DNA of 5,424 nucleotides from Paramicrosporidium saccamoebae KSL3 (Eukaryota; Fungi; Cryptomycota): NCBI GenBank assembly GCA_002794465.1, contig MTSL01000004.1, positions 1 to 5,424 of the forward strand, read 5' to 3'. Shown piece by piece: positions 5,268 to 5,424 of this stretch (position 1 is its first letter; each line of letters starts with the position of its first letter). The notes under the pieces were generated by a model. It saw only the letters and a program-made list of their open reading frames with translations, ran no database searches and was not told where the DNA came from. The position numbers and the translations under genes were made by a program.

Positions 5268-5422
5268 ATTACGCGAGCTTTGATGAGCTGGGTTAGGGCT
5301 GGTGGTGTACTTAGCTGGGTAGAGGGCTGTGACGTAGAAGACTGATTAGTTGGATATTTGAGAATGGTTTCCCAGTTTGGAGAAGGGATAATCAGAACAA
5401 TCGATGAAGGATAATGAGATCT
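5222..5422 (-). CDS. Possible 3' end of a convergent gene entering from the right window edge (unverified)
   Basis: A minus-strand frame is open from 5422 to TGA at 5224-5222 (66 codons: RSHYPSSIVLIIPSPNWETILKYPTNQSSTSQPSTQLSTPPALTQLIKARVIYLYILVKHCRTSNS). No recognisable homology. It would overlap the last 46 nt of the + ORF and could be a chance open frame. Confidence 0.15.
   Translation of the reverse strand, partial: RSHYPSSIVLIIPSPNWETILKYPTNQSSTSQPSTQLSTPPALTQLIKARVIYLYILVKHCRTSNS
5286..5337. repeat. Imperfect 27-bp tandem duplication (2 copies)
   Basis: AGCTGGGTT-AGGGCTGGTGGTGTA (5286) versus AGCTGGGTAGAGGGCTG-TGACGTA (5313). The first copy contains TTAGGG at 5293-5298. Confidence 0.5.
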
Positions 5423-5424
5423 TT

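Noticed and set aside
450-5296. Short alternative ORFs in the track (450-743, 494-682, 953-1192, 1074-1367, 1865-2074, 2196-2399, 2321-2554, 2470-2691, 2487-2675, 2688-2876, 2871-3098, 3236-3556, 3426-3647, 4994-5221, 5096-5296)
   Set aside because: Almost all are shadow frames of well-supported genes, many start at non-ATG codons, and none shows recognisable motifs.

Overview
Gene-dense eukaryotic DNA in the standard genetic code, with four apparently intron-free genes. These are: (1) the 3' part of the spliceosomal GTPase Snu114/EFTUD2 (+, open from base 1, stop at 1383); (2) a convergent Rxt3-family subunit of the Rpd3L/Sin3 HDAC complex (-); (3) a divergently transcribed ERD2 HDEL/KDEL receptor (+); and (4) an orphan-like 388-aa protein with an N-terminal signal peptide, about 7 degenerate ankyrin-like repeats and a hydrophobic C-terminal tail (+). 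The three housekeeping genes each have AATAAA at or within about 20 nt of the stop codon. Rxt3, the yeast-like ERD2 tail, the lack of introns and the short spacers suggest a compact-genome fungus or fungal relative such as a Rozellomycota or short-branch microsporidian lineage (inference only). The genes do not explain two non-coding structures. One is a G-rich composite minisatellite at 3854-4025 (27-bp units with an invariant 15-bp hairpin-forming core, alternating linkers and TTAGGG motifs, switching to 19-bp units) just upstream of the secreted ankyrin-like gene. The other is a roughly 10.4-bp-phased AA array with an 11-bp degenerate repeat between the convergent Snu114 and Rxt3 3' ends. 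I cannot demonstrate a new multi-gene system. The best lead is the pairing of a structured repeat array with a candidate secreted effector gene. No tRNA, rRNA, CRISPR or transposase was recognised.
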